Source: Acetobacteraceae bacterium
Lineage (GTDB): Bacteria; Pseudomonadota; Alphaproteobacteria; Acetobacterales; Acetobacteraceae
DNA: 58,688 bases
Direction of reading: 5' to 3'
Assembly (NCBI GenBank): GCA_003133265.1
Contig: PKWQ01000024.1
Location: 1-58,688 of the forward strand
Shown here: positions 50,670-58,688 of the stretch, piece after piece
How the letters are laid out: every line of letters starts with the position of its first letter
Numbering within the stretch: the first letter of the stretch is position 1
Notes under the pieces: model-generated
Database searches by the model: none
The model's input: the letters and a program-made list of their open reading frames with translations, nothing else
What the model was told of the DNA's origin: nothing
Translations under genes and position numbers: made by a program

Positions 50670-51697
50670 GTTGGACCGGTCATCTCTGGCTGTAGGCTTC
50701 CGCCATAGGCTTTGCCCTCCGTGGCATCGACGTCATTGGGTGTCTCCCCGGCGGTTCGGTCGTCCGCTGTCTCTTGCCGGGGTACCGGCCGGTCCATCAG
50801 ATAGGCCGCGCCGAGGCCCTCCCGGGCCAGTTCGCGGTGTGCGACATGCAGCCGCCAGCCCACGTCTCGTTCCGCGATCCAGGCGGCAACGTAAGCGGCC
50901 AGCCTTTCGACCAGATAGACCGAACGGTGGCGCCCGCCGGTGCAGCCGATCGCGATCGAGGCGTATTTCTTGCCCTCTTGTACAAATCTCGGCAAGAGCA
51001 GCTCGATCATGCCGGTCAGCTGCTGGAAGAACGGGGCGAAATCCGGGTCCGCCGCCACGTAGGCGCCCACGTCCGCATCCAGGCCGGTATGCGGCTGCAA
51101 CAGCGGATCGTAGTGCGGGTTGCGCAAGAACCGGGCGTCGAACACCAGGTCGGCTTCGCGCGGCAGGCCCTGCGGATAGGCGAAGGAAATCAGCGAGATC
51201 ACCAGGGCCGGGGCGTCCGGGGCACTGGCGGCGCTGAAATGGCCTTCGATCAGTTGGCGCAGCAGCGGCAGCGGCAGATCGGAGGTGTCGACCGCCAGGT
51301 CGGCGGCCTCGCGCAGCGGCGCGGTCAGGCTCTGTTCATGCGCGATGCCGTCGGTCACCCGTCCCTGCGGCGCCATCGGATGACGCCGGCGCGTCTCGGT
51401 ATAGCGGCGCAGCAGGGTCGACTCGTCGGCCCATATATAGACCAGCTCCGCTCGCAGGCCGGGATCGCCGCGCAGCCGCGCCAGCGTCGCCAGCAGCACC
51501 GCCGCGTCGAAGCCGCGGGAGCGGGCATCCACCCCGATCGCCAGATCGGTCTCCGAACGGCCCACCATCTCCGGGATCATCGATAGCGGCGGGTTGTCCA
51601 CCGCCTCGTAGCCGAGATCCTCCAGCAGGCGCAGCGCCGATGCCTTGCCGCCGCCCGACAGGCCGGTCACCAGCACCACTCTTCGTCGTGCGGTCAT
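50666..51697 (-). CDS. rapZ: RNase adapter / nucleotide-binding protein RapZ (YhbJ family)
   Basis: ORF 50666..52156 trimmed to MTARRRVVLVTGLSGGGKASALRLLEDLGYEAVDNPP... at 51697 (ATGA overlap with hprK). It also has ...IGCTGGRHRSV... and a C-terminal extension. Confidence 0.85.
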   Translation of the reverse strand: MTARRRVVLVTGLSGGGKASALRLLEDLGYEAVDNPPLSMIPEMVGRSETDLAIGVDARSRGFDAAVLLATLARLRGDPGLRAELVYIWADESTLLRRYTETRRRHPMAPQGRVTDGIAHEQSLTAPLREAADLAVDTSDLPLPLLRQLIEGHFSAASAPDAPALVISLISFAYPQGLPREADLVFDARFLRNPHYDPLLQPHTGLDADVGAYVAADPDFAPFFQQLTGMIELLLPRFVQEGKKYASIAIGCTGGRHRSVYLVERLAAYVAAWIAERDVGWRLHVAHRELAREGLGAAYLMDRPVPRQETADDRTAGETPNDVDATEGKAYGGSLQPEMTGPT

Positions 51698-52146
51698 GCG
51701 GCGCCTGTCCATGTCGGCGCCGTCCCGCTCTCGAAAGCCCCGGCCACCTGTTCGATCCGGCCCAGCGCGCAGTCCAGCGCCAGCGCCACGATCGCCGGCG
51801 CCGCGGCCCGCGTCGCGTCCACACTCACCTGCGGCAGCCCGAGCGTGGGGTGGCGCTCCGGTTCCGGCAGCCGCGTGCCCGAACTGTCCAGGCAAACCGC
51901 CAGCGCCAGCCGTACCTCGGCGACATAGGGCAGTCGCACGATGCCAAGACCTCGTATTTCCAAAAGCCCACGCAGCGACGCCGGGGCACGGGCGATGCCG
52001 TCCTCGATGTCTATCCGGTCGTCGGCCACGAGAGCGAAACCCCGATCGATCAGACGCAACAGCAGGTCGGACTTCCCCGAACCGGGAGGCCCGACCAGCA
52101 GCACGCCAGCCCCCTCTCTGGCCGCGCAGCTTCCGTGAATCTGCAT
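51694..52146 (-). CDS. hprK: HPr kinase/phosphorylase, short alphaproteobacterial form (kinase domain only)
   Basis: The terminal 150 aa of track ORF 51694..53190: MQIHGSCAAREGAGVLLVGPPGSGKSDLLLRLIDRGFALVADD...LLEIRGLGIV.... Confidence 0.85.
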   Translation of the reverse strand: MQIHGSCAAREGAGVLLVGPPGSGKSDLLLRLIDRGFALVADDRIDIEDGIARAPASLRGLLEIRGLGIVRLPYVAEVRLALAVCLDSSGTRLPEPERHPTLGLPQVSVDATRAAAPAIVALALDCALGRIEQVAGAFESGTAPTWTGAA

Positions 52147-52188
52147 GGGGCGGCAATGTGATCCGATGCGGCTCGGAAAGGAAGCGTC

Positions 52189-53157
52189 TTGTCGCGGGAT
52201 GGACGCCGTGCCAGCGTCCAAATCATCATGAATTGGCCCTCCGCGATCGACCAGGCCGCCGCCCGTATCTCCGGGCATGTGCGGCACACCCCGCTGCTTC
52301 GCCTCGAAGGCGCGGAGCTTAATCTTGCTTTTCCAGTTACCTTGAAGCTGGAACTGTTGCAGCACGCCGGCAGTTTCAAGCCGCGCGGCGCGTTCAACCG
52401 GCTGCTTGCCGCAGACCTGCCGCGCGCCGGCGTCATCGCCGCGTCCGGCGGCAATCACGGCGCGGCGGTGGCCTATGCCGCCCGCGCGCTCGGCATTGTC
52501 GCGGAAATCTTCGTCCCCGCCACCACGCCCGCCGCCAAGGTGGCCCGCATCGTCAGCTATGGCGCCCGGGTGGTGCAGCACGGGGCCAGCTATAGCGAAG
52601 CGCTGGCGGCGAGCCGCGCGCGCCAGACCGAGACGGGTGCGCTGGAGGTCCATGCCTACGACCATGCCGACGTGCTCGCCGGCCAGGGCACCGTGGGCAA
52701 GGAGTTCGAGGCGGACGCCCCCGAGTTGACGCACATCCTTGTCGCCACCGGCGGCGGCGGGCTGATCGGCGGCATCGCCGCCTGGTATGGCGCGCGCGCC
52801 CAGGTGATCAGTGTCGAGCCCGAGGGCTGCCCCACGCTGGCGACCGCGCTTGCCGCCGGCCGTCCGGTACCGGCGCCGGTCGGCGGGCTGGCGGCCGACA
52901 GCCTGGGCGCGACGCAGGTCGGCGCGCTGATGTTCCCGATCGCCCAGGCGTATGTGTCCCAGGCCGTCCTGGTCGGCGACGAGGCAATCCTCGCCGCGCA
53001 GTCCCTGCTGTGGGACCGGCTGCGCCTGATCGCCGAACCCGGCGGTGCGGTGGCGCTCGCGGCGTTGCTCTCCGGCGCGTTCATCCCGCCGCCGGGCGCG
53101 CGCGTCGGCGCGGTGCTGTGCGGCGCCAACACCGATCCGCGAAAGGTGGTCCCATGA
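52189..53157 (+). CDS. PLP-dependent threonine/serine dehydratase-family enzyme
   Basis: 322 aa with a TTG start 4 nt after AAGGAAG. It has the PLP-lysine motif LQHAGSFKPRGAF, plus ASGGNHG and GGGGLIGG. Confidence 0.85.
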   Translation: MSRDGRRASVQIIMNWPSAIDQAAARISGHVRHTPLLRLEGAELNLAFPVTLKLELLQHAGSFKPRGAFNRLLAADLPRAGVIAASGGNHGAAVAYAARALGIVAEIFVPATTPAAKVARIVSYGARVVQHGASYSEALAASRARQTETGALEVHAYDHADVLAGQGTVGKEFEADAPELTHILVATGGGGLIGGIAAWYGARAQVISVEPEGCPTLATALAAGRPVPAPVGGLAADSLGATQVGALMFPIAQAYVSQAVLVGDEAILAAQSLLWDRLRLIAEPGGAVALAALLSGAFIPPPGARVGAVLCGANTDPRKVVP

Positions 53158-53945
53158 CCCAATCCATCGTCCTTCTCGACATCGACCCAAGGGGGGTCGC
53201 CACCGTCACGCTCAACCGTCCGGAGATCGGCAATGCCTATAATCTGGAGATGCTGGAGGCGGTCGTCGGCGGCCTGAAGCAACTCGCTTCGGACCCCGGC
53301 GTGCGCTGCCTGGTGGTCCGTGGCGCCGGCAAGCATTTCCAGGCCGGCGCCGATATCAATTTCCTGAACGAGGCCGGCAGGTTCCCGCCGGAGCGCGCCT
53401 TCTATGCCTCATTGACCACGACCCGCGCCGTGACCCTGCTGAACGAGTTCCCCAAGCCGACCATCGCCATGGTGCATGGCGCCTGTTTCGGCGGCGGCGT
53501 CGGCATGGTCTGTTGCGTGGACGTGGCGCTGGCGACGCCGGATTCCCTGTTCGGGATCACCGAGATCCGCGTCGGCACCGCGCCGACGCCGATTTCGACG
53601 CATATGGTCAACGCCATGGGCCTGCGCCAGACCCGCCGCTATGCGATTACCGGGGAGCGGTTCGGCGCCGAGGAAGCCTGCCGCATCGGCCTGATCCACG
53701 AGGTGGTGCCGGCCGAGACCATCGAGGCCCGGCTGGCCGACATCGTCGATGCCGTGCTGCTCGGCGGCCCGACCGCGATCGCGGCCACCAAGAACGCGAT
53801 CCTGGCCGACAACGGCCTGAAGCTGACCGAGAGCCAGATGCGGCTGATGGCCTTCGAGCACAACACCCAGCGCAACTCGGCCGAGGCGCAGGAAGGCACC
53901 ACGGCGTTCAGGGAGAAGCGCAAGCCCGGCTGGTACCGGGGCTGA
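53154..53945 (+). CDS. enoyl-CoA hydratase/isomerase (crotonase) family protein
   Basis: ORF 53010..53945 trimmed to MTQSIVLLDIDPRGVATVTLNRPEIGNAY... at 53154 (ATGA overlap). It also has ...VVRGAGKHFQAGADI... and ...GACFGGG.... Confidence 0.85.
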   Translation: MTQSIVLLDIDPRGVATVTLNRPEIGNAYNLEMLEAVVGGLKQLASDPGVRCLVVRGAGKHFQAGADINFLNEAGRFPPERAFYASLTTTRAVTLLNEFPKPTIAMVHGACFGGGVGMVCCVDVALATPDSLFGITEIRVGTAPTPISTHMVNAMGLRQTRRYAITGERFGAEEACRIGLIHEVVPAETIEARLADIVDAVLLGGPTAIAATKNAILADNGLKLTESQMRLMAFEHNTQRNSAEAQEGTTAFREKRKPGWYRG

Positions 53946-53972
53946 CGCTACGCAATGGACAGGAGGAAACCG

Positions 53973-54578
53973 ATGCTCCGCATTTACGGCTCCGCCCGCT
54001 CGCGCACTGTCCGCACGCTCTGGATGGCGCAGGAACTGGGCCTTGCCTACGAACATATCGACGTCGCCCCGGGCTCGCCCGATCTTCGCGCGCCGGGGTT
54101 CAAGGCGCTGAACCCCAACGGCCGCATCCCGGCGATCGAGGACGACGGCTTCGCCCTGTCGGAATCGATGGCGATCAACCTCTATCTGGCGAAGAAGCAT
54201 GGCGGCGGGCTGTACCCGTCGGACCCGAAGAACGAGGCCCGCGCCTGGCAATGGAGTTTCTGGACCGTCGATAGGCTCGACCGTCAGCTTGTCATCCACG
54301 CCAACCACGCCTTCGTCTTGCCGGAAGCCCAACGCAACGCGGCGATGGCCGAGACGACGTGGGCCGAGATCGTCCCGGCGCTCGATGTGCTGGAAACCGC
54401 GCTCGCGCGGTCGCCCTGGCTGGCCGGCGCGGCGTTCACGGTCGCCGATCTGAACGTCGCCGCGGCGATGTATCGCGGCCTGTTCATGGATCTCGGCAAC
54501 TGGCCGCATGTGCGCGACTGGCTGAGCCGGTGCTGGGACCGGCCGGCGGGCAAAGCGGCGCGGGCGCTGCGGGAGTAG
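53973..54578 (+). CDS. glutathione S-transferase
   Basis: Start at MLRIYGSARSRT..., with AGGAGG 6 nt upstream. It contains ...LNPNGRIPAIEDDGFALSESMAINLYL.... Confidence 0.85.
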   Translation: MLRIYGSARSRTVRTLWMAQELGLAYEHIDVAPGSPDLRAPGFKALNPNGRIPAIEDDGFALSESMAINLYLAKKHGGGLYPSDPKNEARAWQWSFWTVDRLDRQLVIHANHAFVLPEAQRNAAMAETTWAEIVPALDVLETALARSPWLAGAAFTVADLNVAAAMYRGLFMDLGNWPHVRDWLSRCWDRPAGKAARALRE

Positions 54579-54585
54579 GGCGGCG

Positions 54586-56268
54586 CTACCCCTTCGGCAG
54601 CCGCATCACAAACCGCGCGCCCAGAACCTTGCCGTTTTCGTCGCGCCGGTTCTCGGCGGTGATCCGGCCCTTCAGGGCTTCCACGATCTGCCGGCTGATC
54701 GACAGTCCAAGCCCTGAATGCTGGCCGAACCGCTCGCCCTTCGGCCGCTCGGAATAGAAGCGGTCGAATATATGCTCCAGCCGGGCTTCCGGAATGCCCG
54801 GCCCGTCATCCTCGACGCTGATCTCGATCATGCCGCCGGTTTCGCGCGCGGTCAGCCCGATGCGTCCGTTGCGCGGGGAAAAGCTCTGCGCATTGCCGAT
54901 CAGGTTGCGCAGCACCTGCACCAGCCGGTCCTCCACCGCCTGCACCACCAGCCCCGCGGCCGGCGCATCGAGTTCGATGCGCGCATCGCCGTCGCCGCGC
55001 GTGGTGGCATGGATCTCGGCCAGCAGCGCCAGGATCGGCGCCACGTCCACCTTCTCGGTGGCGGTGCGCGACAGCTCCGCGTCCACCCGCGAGGCGTCGG
55101 AAATATCGTTGATCAGCCGGTCCAGCCGCATCACGTCCTCGGTGATGATCGCCAGCAGCCGCTTGCGCTGGCTGGGATCCTCGATCCGCGGCAGCGTCTC
55201 GATGGCGCTGCGCATGGACGACAGCGGGTTCTTCAACTCGTGCGCCACGTCGGCGGCGAATTGCTCGATCGCGTCCATCCGCGTCCACAGCGCGGCCGCG
55301 GACTCCGACAGCGCCGCCGCCAGGGTGCCGACCTCGTCATGCCGGTCGAGCAGGGTCCGCGGCACGCTGGCCGCGCGTCCCTTGCCCTCGCGCATATGCG
55401 CCGCCACCCCCGCCAGCCGCAGGATCGGGCGGGCGATGGTCCGCGACAGGTACCAGGACAGCACCAGCGTCAGCACCAGCGCCAGGACGAACAGGCCCAG
55501 GATGGAGACGCGCACCGCCAGCAGGCTGTCGTCCACCTCCCGCGCCATCCGCGTCAGCAGGATGATGCCGACCGAGTGCCGGTTCCGCTCCACCGGCTCG
55601 GCCACCGTCACCAGCAGCCGGTTCTCGGCGGTGCGCCGGATATAGGGCGGCATCTCGCGGCCCTGGTCAGAGCTGTTGAGCCGCAGCTCCTCCTTGACGT
55701 CCGGCTGCCAGTCGACGCCGGCGCCGCCCTGGCTGAGATCGACCACGATCGGCTGTTCCGGCTTGTGCGGCAGCAGCGCCAGCGCCTTGTCGTACAGCAG
55801 CCCGATGGTGCCCACCAGCGGCCCGCGATCGGCCGCCGGCGGCAGCGGCTCGGTGTTCACCGCGCCGCCCGGCCCCTCCCGCACCCGGCTGTCGGCGATC
55901 ACGGTACCTTCGGGGGAATACAGCTTGGCCTGCGCGTTCGGCGTCGGCTCGGTCAGCCGGCGCAGCAGCGGGCGCGCCAGTTCCGGCACCAGCCGTGGGT
56001 TGTCGGGGGTGTCTTCCTTCACCGCGCTCTCGCCCAGCGCCCCGGCATAGATCCGCGCCTGTTCGCGCAGCGCCGTCACTTCCGCCTGCAACAGCCCGTT
56101 CTGGTATTGGTCCAGATACAGCAGCGTCGCCACCAGCAGCGCCAGCGGCAGGGCATTGACCAGCAGGATGCGCCGCAGCAACGGCGAGAGCAGGCGCGGA
56201 CGAAATGCCCGCTCGCCCGCCGCCTTCCTGTCGGGCGCGATCGTGCCGAGGCTGCCGGAATCGGGCAT
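54586..56268 (-). CDS. chvG: sensor histidine kinase ChvG/ExoS/BvrS-type
   Basis: Track ORF 54586..57384 trimmed to MPDSGSLG... at 56268, which overlaps the chvI stop by one nt (TGATG). It has two TM segments, an H-box FAADVAHELKNPLSS and N/G boxes. It is syntenic with chvI, hprK and pckA. Confidence 0.85.
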   Translation of the reverse strand: MPDSGSLGTIAPDRKAAGERAFRPRLLSPLLRRILLVNALPLALLVATLLYLDQYQNGLLQAEVTALREQARIYAGALGESAVKEDTPDNPRLVPELARPLLRRLTEPTPNAQAKLYSPEGTVIADSRVREGPGGAVNTEPLPPAADRGPLVGTIGLLYDKALALLPHKPEQPIVVDLSQGGAGVDWQPDVKEELRLNSSDQGREMPPYIRRTAENRLLVTVAEPVERNRHSVGIILLTRMAREVDDSLLAVRVSILGLFVLALVLTLVLSWYLSRTIARPILRLAGVAAHMREGKGRAASVPRTLLDRHDEVGTLAAALSESAAALWTRMDAIEQFAADVAHELKNPLSSMRSAIETLPRIEDPSQRKRLLAIITEDVMRLDRLINDISDASRVDAELSRTATEKVDVAPILALLAEIHATTRGDGDARIELDAPAAGLVVQAVEDRLVQVLRNLIGNAQSFSPRNGRIGLTARETGGMIEISVEDDGPGIPEARLEHIFDRFYSERPKGERFGQHSGLGLSISRQIVEALKGRITAENRRDENGKVLGARFVMRLPKG

Positions 56269-56969
56269 CAGTGCTCCTTGTAGCGATAGCCGATGCCGTA
56301 GAGCGTCTCGATGTGGTTGAAGCTGTCGTCCACGGCGCGGAACTTCTTGCGCACCCGCTTCACATGGCTGTCGATCGTGCGGTCGTCCACGTAGATGTTC
56401 TCGCCATACGCCGCGTCGATCAGCTGATCGCGCGACTTCACCATCCCCGGCCGCGTCGCCAGGGCCTTCACCAGCAGGAATTCCGTCACCGTCAGCTGGA
56501 TGTCGCGGCCCTTCCAGATGCACTGGTGCTTGGTCTCGTCCAGCGTCAGCTCGTCGCGCACGATCACCCCGCCCGGCGCCGCGCCCGACCCTTCGGCCTT
56601 GCTCACCTCGTTGCGCCGCAGCAGGGCGCGGATGCGCTCCAGCAGCAGCCGCTGGCTGAACGGCTTGGTGATGTAGTCGTCCGCCCCGAGCCGCAGGCCC
56701 ATCAGCTCGTCCACCTCCTCGTCCTTGGAGGTCAGGAAGATCACCGGCATCGCCGAGCGCGCGCGCAGCCGTTGCAGCAGCTCCATCCCGTCCATGCGCG
56801 GCATCTTGATGTCCAGCACCGCCAGATCGGCCGGCCGGGCGGCAAGGGCGTGCAGCGCGCTTTCCCCGTCGGTGTAGGTGCGTACCTGGAAGCCTTCCTG
56901 CTCCAGCGTCATGCTGACGCTGGTCAGGATATTGCGGTCGTCGTCGACCAGGACGATGGTCTGTTTCAT
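56268..56969 (-). CDS. chvI: OmpR-family response regulator ChvI-type
   Basis: ORF 56268..57083 trimmed to [23 protein letters not shown]... at 56969. It has a receiver domain with a D..DIKMP aspartate and a winged-helix C-terminus. Confidence 0.88.
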   Translation of the reverse strand: MKQTIVLVDDDRNILTSVSMTLEQEGFQVRTYTDGESALHALAARPADLAVLDIKMPRMDGMELLQRLRARSAMPVIFLTSKDEEVDELMGLRLGADDYITKPFSQRLLLERIRALLRRNEVSKAEGSGAAPGGVIVRDELTLDETKHQCIWKGRDIQLTVTEFLLVKALATRPGMVKSRDQLIDAAYGENIYVDDRTIDSHVKRVRKKFRAVDDSFNHIETLYGIGYRYKEH

Positions 56970-57070
56970 CGGTTGGTCCTTCTGAGGCTGTTGCATCGTC
57001 CCGTTTCCTGTTCTTCGGGAGCACGATGTCAGACGATTGTGGCGCAAAGCGGACGAGAGGTGAACGAAAT

Positions 57071-57781
57071 ATGGCGGATGCAATCCCAGCCTTACAGGCC
57101 CGCCGCCTGCTGCGCGCGGCCCGTGTCGGCACGCTGGCCACCACCAGGGACGGCCAGCCCGCCGTCTCGCTGGTCACGCCGGCGATCGCCGCGAATGGCG
57201 ACATCCTGCTGCTGCTGTCGGACCTCGCCGAGCATACCCGCCATCTCCGCGCCGATCCGCGCTGCGCGCTGATGGTCACCGGCACCGCCGAGACCGCCAA
57301 CCCGCAGACCGCGCCGCGCGTGTCGGTGACCGGCATCGCCGAGCTGTCCGACGATGCCGCGCTGAGGGCACGCCATGGCGCCATCCACCCTTATGCGGCG
57401 CTGTATGCCGGTTTTGGCGACTTCCATCTCTGGCGCATCCGCCCCGCCGGCGCCCTGCTGGTCGGCGGCTTCGCCCGGGCTTTTCGCATCCGCCCCGCCG
57501 ATATCGTCCCGGCGCCGGACGCCGTCGCCGCCATCGCGCGGGCCGAGGCCGACATTATTTCCCACTGCAATGCCGATCATGCCGCCGCCATGGCGGCGAT
57601 CGCGATGGCCGCCAGCGGGGCGGACGGGGCATGGCGCATGGTCGCGGCCGATCCGGACGGGTGCGACCTGGCGCTTGACGAAAGCTCGATCCGAATTCAT
57701 TTCTCCGCCCCCGTCGCCGATCCCGGGGGGCTGCGCCAGGAGTTGGTGCGCCTTGCACAGGCGTCACGCTTGCGCGACTGA
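57071..57781 (+). CDS. pyridoxamine 5'-phosphate oxidase-fold / HugZ-like protein (with DUF2470-like C-terminus)
   Basis: ORF 57026..57781 is probably best started at [25 protein letters not shown].... The C-terminus has [13 protein letters not shown]. Confidence 0.75.
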   Translation: MADAIPALQARRLLRAARVGTLATTRDGQPAVSLVTPAIAANGDILLLLSDLAEHTRHLRADPRCALMVTGTAETANPQTAPRVSVTGIAELSDDAALRARHGAIHPYAALYAGFGDFHLWRIRPAGALLVGGFARAFRIRPADIVPAPDAVAAIARAEADIISHCNADHAAAMAAIAMAASGADGAWRMVAADPDGCDLALDESSIRIHFSAPVADPGGLRQELVRLAQASRLRD

Positions 57782-57863
57782 CTGGACGGACCGGCCTGTC
57801 AGCCCCTAGATTTGCGCCAACGTCCAAGCTGCGCGCCGTGCGCAGAACAAGCAGGAGCCTACC

Positions 57864-58688
57864 TTGACCTTTGCTGCAACCGCTTCAGCCGCGCTGAAGG
57901 GCACTGGCGTTCACGCGACCCGTCAGATCCACGCCAACCTGTCCGCCCCGGCTCTGGTCGCCGAATCGCTCCGCCGCTTCGAGGGCCGGCTTTCCGCCGA
58001 CGGCGCGGTGATGGTCAACACGGGGGTGCATACCGGCCGGTCGGTTCAGGACAAGTTCGTGGTCGACGAACCCGGAACCACCGCCGATGTCTGGTGGGGC
58101 AAGATCAACCAGCGGCTGTCGCCGGAGAAGTTCGTCGTGCTGAAGGGGCGGGTGCAGGCCTATCTCCAGGGCCAGGACCTGTTCGTGCAGGATGTCTATG
58201 CCGGCGCCGACCCGGCGCGGCGCATCCGCGTGCGCATGGTCACCACCACCGCCTGGCACGCGCTGTTCGCGCGCAACATGTTCATCCGCCCCCGGGAAGA
58301 GGAACTTGAGGGCTTCGAGCCGGACTACGTCATCCTGCACGCGCCGCATTTCCAGGCCGACCCGGCGGTCGACGGCGTACGCTCCACCACCGCCATCGCG
58401 CTGTCGTTCGAGCAGAAGCTGATCGTCATCGCCGGCACCGAGTATGCCGGCGAGGTGAAGAAATCGATCTTCACGGTGATGAACTGGAAGCTGCCGGCGG
58501 AAGGCGTGCTGCCGATGCATTGCAGCGCCAATATCGGCACCGAGCCCGACGGCACGCATCGCGACGTGGCGCTGTTCTTCGGCCTGTCCGGGACCGGCAA
58601 GACCACGCTGTCGTCGGACCCGCACCGGCCGCTGATCGGCGACGACGAGCACGGCTGGGGCGAGGGCGGCGTGTTCAACTTCGAGGGC
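57864..58688 (+). CDS. pckA: phosphoenolpyruvate carboxykinase (ATP), 5' partial
   Basis: Not in the ORF track because there is no stop. TTG at 57864 lies 6 nt after AGGAG. My translation includes ...VNTGVHTGRSVQDKFVV..., ...LPMHCSAN... and FFGLSGTGKTTLS...LIGDDEHGW. Confidence 0.9.
   Translation, partial: MTFAATASAALKGTGVHATRQIHANLSAPALVAESLRRFEGRLSADGAVMVNTGVHTGRSVQDKFVVDEPGTTADVWWGKINQRLSPEKFVVLKGRVQAYLQGQDLFVQDVYAGADPARRIRVRMVTTTAWHALFARNMFIRPREEELEGFEPDYVILHAPHFQADPAVDGVRSTTAIALSFEQKLIVIAGTEYAGEVKKSIFTVMNWKLPAEGVLPMHCSANIGTEPDGTHRDVALFFGLSGTGKTTLSSDPHRPLIGDDEHGWGEGGVFNFEG

Overview
High-GC chromosome segment. Gene content and synteny look alphaproteobacterial, but that is inference. There are three blocks.

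(1) 1-36961 is a nearly complete Mu-like transposable prophage. Almost all genes are on the minus strand in canonical Mu order: Ner, three inserted early genes, MuA, MuB, about 13 small early genes including GemA, Mor/C-type activator, lysis-region genes, gp27/TerL, portal, MuF, G, protease-scaffold, gpT capsid, sheath, tube, frameshifted chaperone, tape measure, gpN, gpP, gp45-48, fibre genes. The repressor side is divergent on the plus strand. The repressor-proximal phage end is visible at 36961 (...CA), preceded by repeated transposase-type sites. The fibre-side end lies beyond the left window edge.

The prophage carries several non-Mu cargo genes: a class-3 lipase between the terminase subunits, a three-gene insert including an NPPY methyltransferase between portal and MuF, a secreted Cys-rich protein coupled to the repressor, and a signal-peptide tandem-repeat protein at the fibre end. 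It also carries a 20-bp palindrome repeated three times at the heads of late transcription units.

(2) 36998-40721 is an AT-rich four-gene operon: RHH regulator, C5 DNA methyltransferase, a 666-aa GHKL-ATPase with a PD-(D/E)xK-like C-terminus, and Vsr. Next to it, a diverged 222-bp direct repeat duplicates the promoter and first 37 codons of ogt and brackets a VOC/glyoxalase gene plus a REP-like hairpin.

(3) 41.6-58.7 kb holds ordinary host genes: ogt, qor, an MFS transporter, an SPFH protein, modABC, a PTS regulatory cluster (EI, HPr, EIIA-Man, RapZ, short HprK), a PLP dehydratase-family enzyme, a crotonase, a GST, chvG/chvI, a HugZ-like protein and the 5' part of pckA.

No rRNA, tRNA or CRISPR array was seen. 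Many long ORFs in the track are GC-rich shadow ORFs and are not reported.
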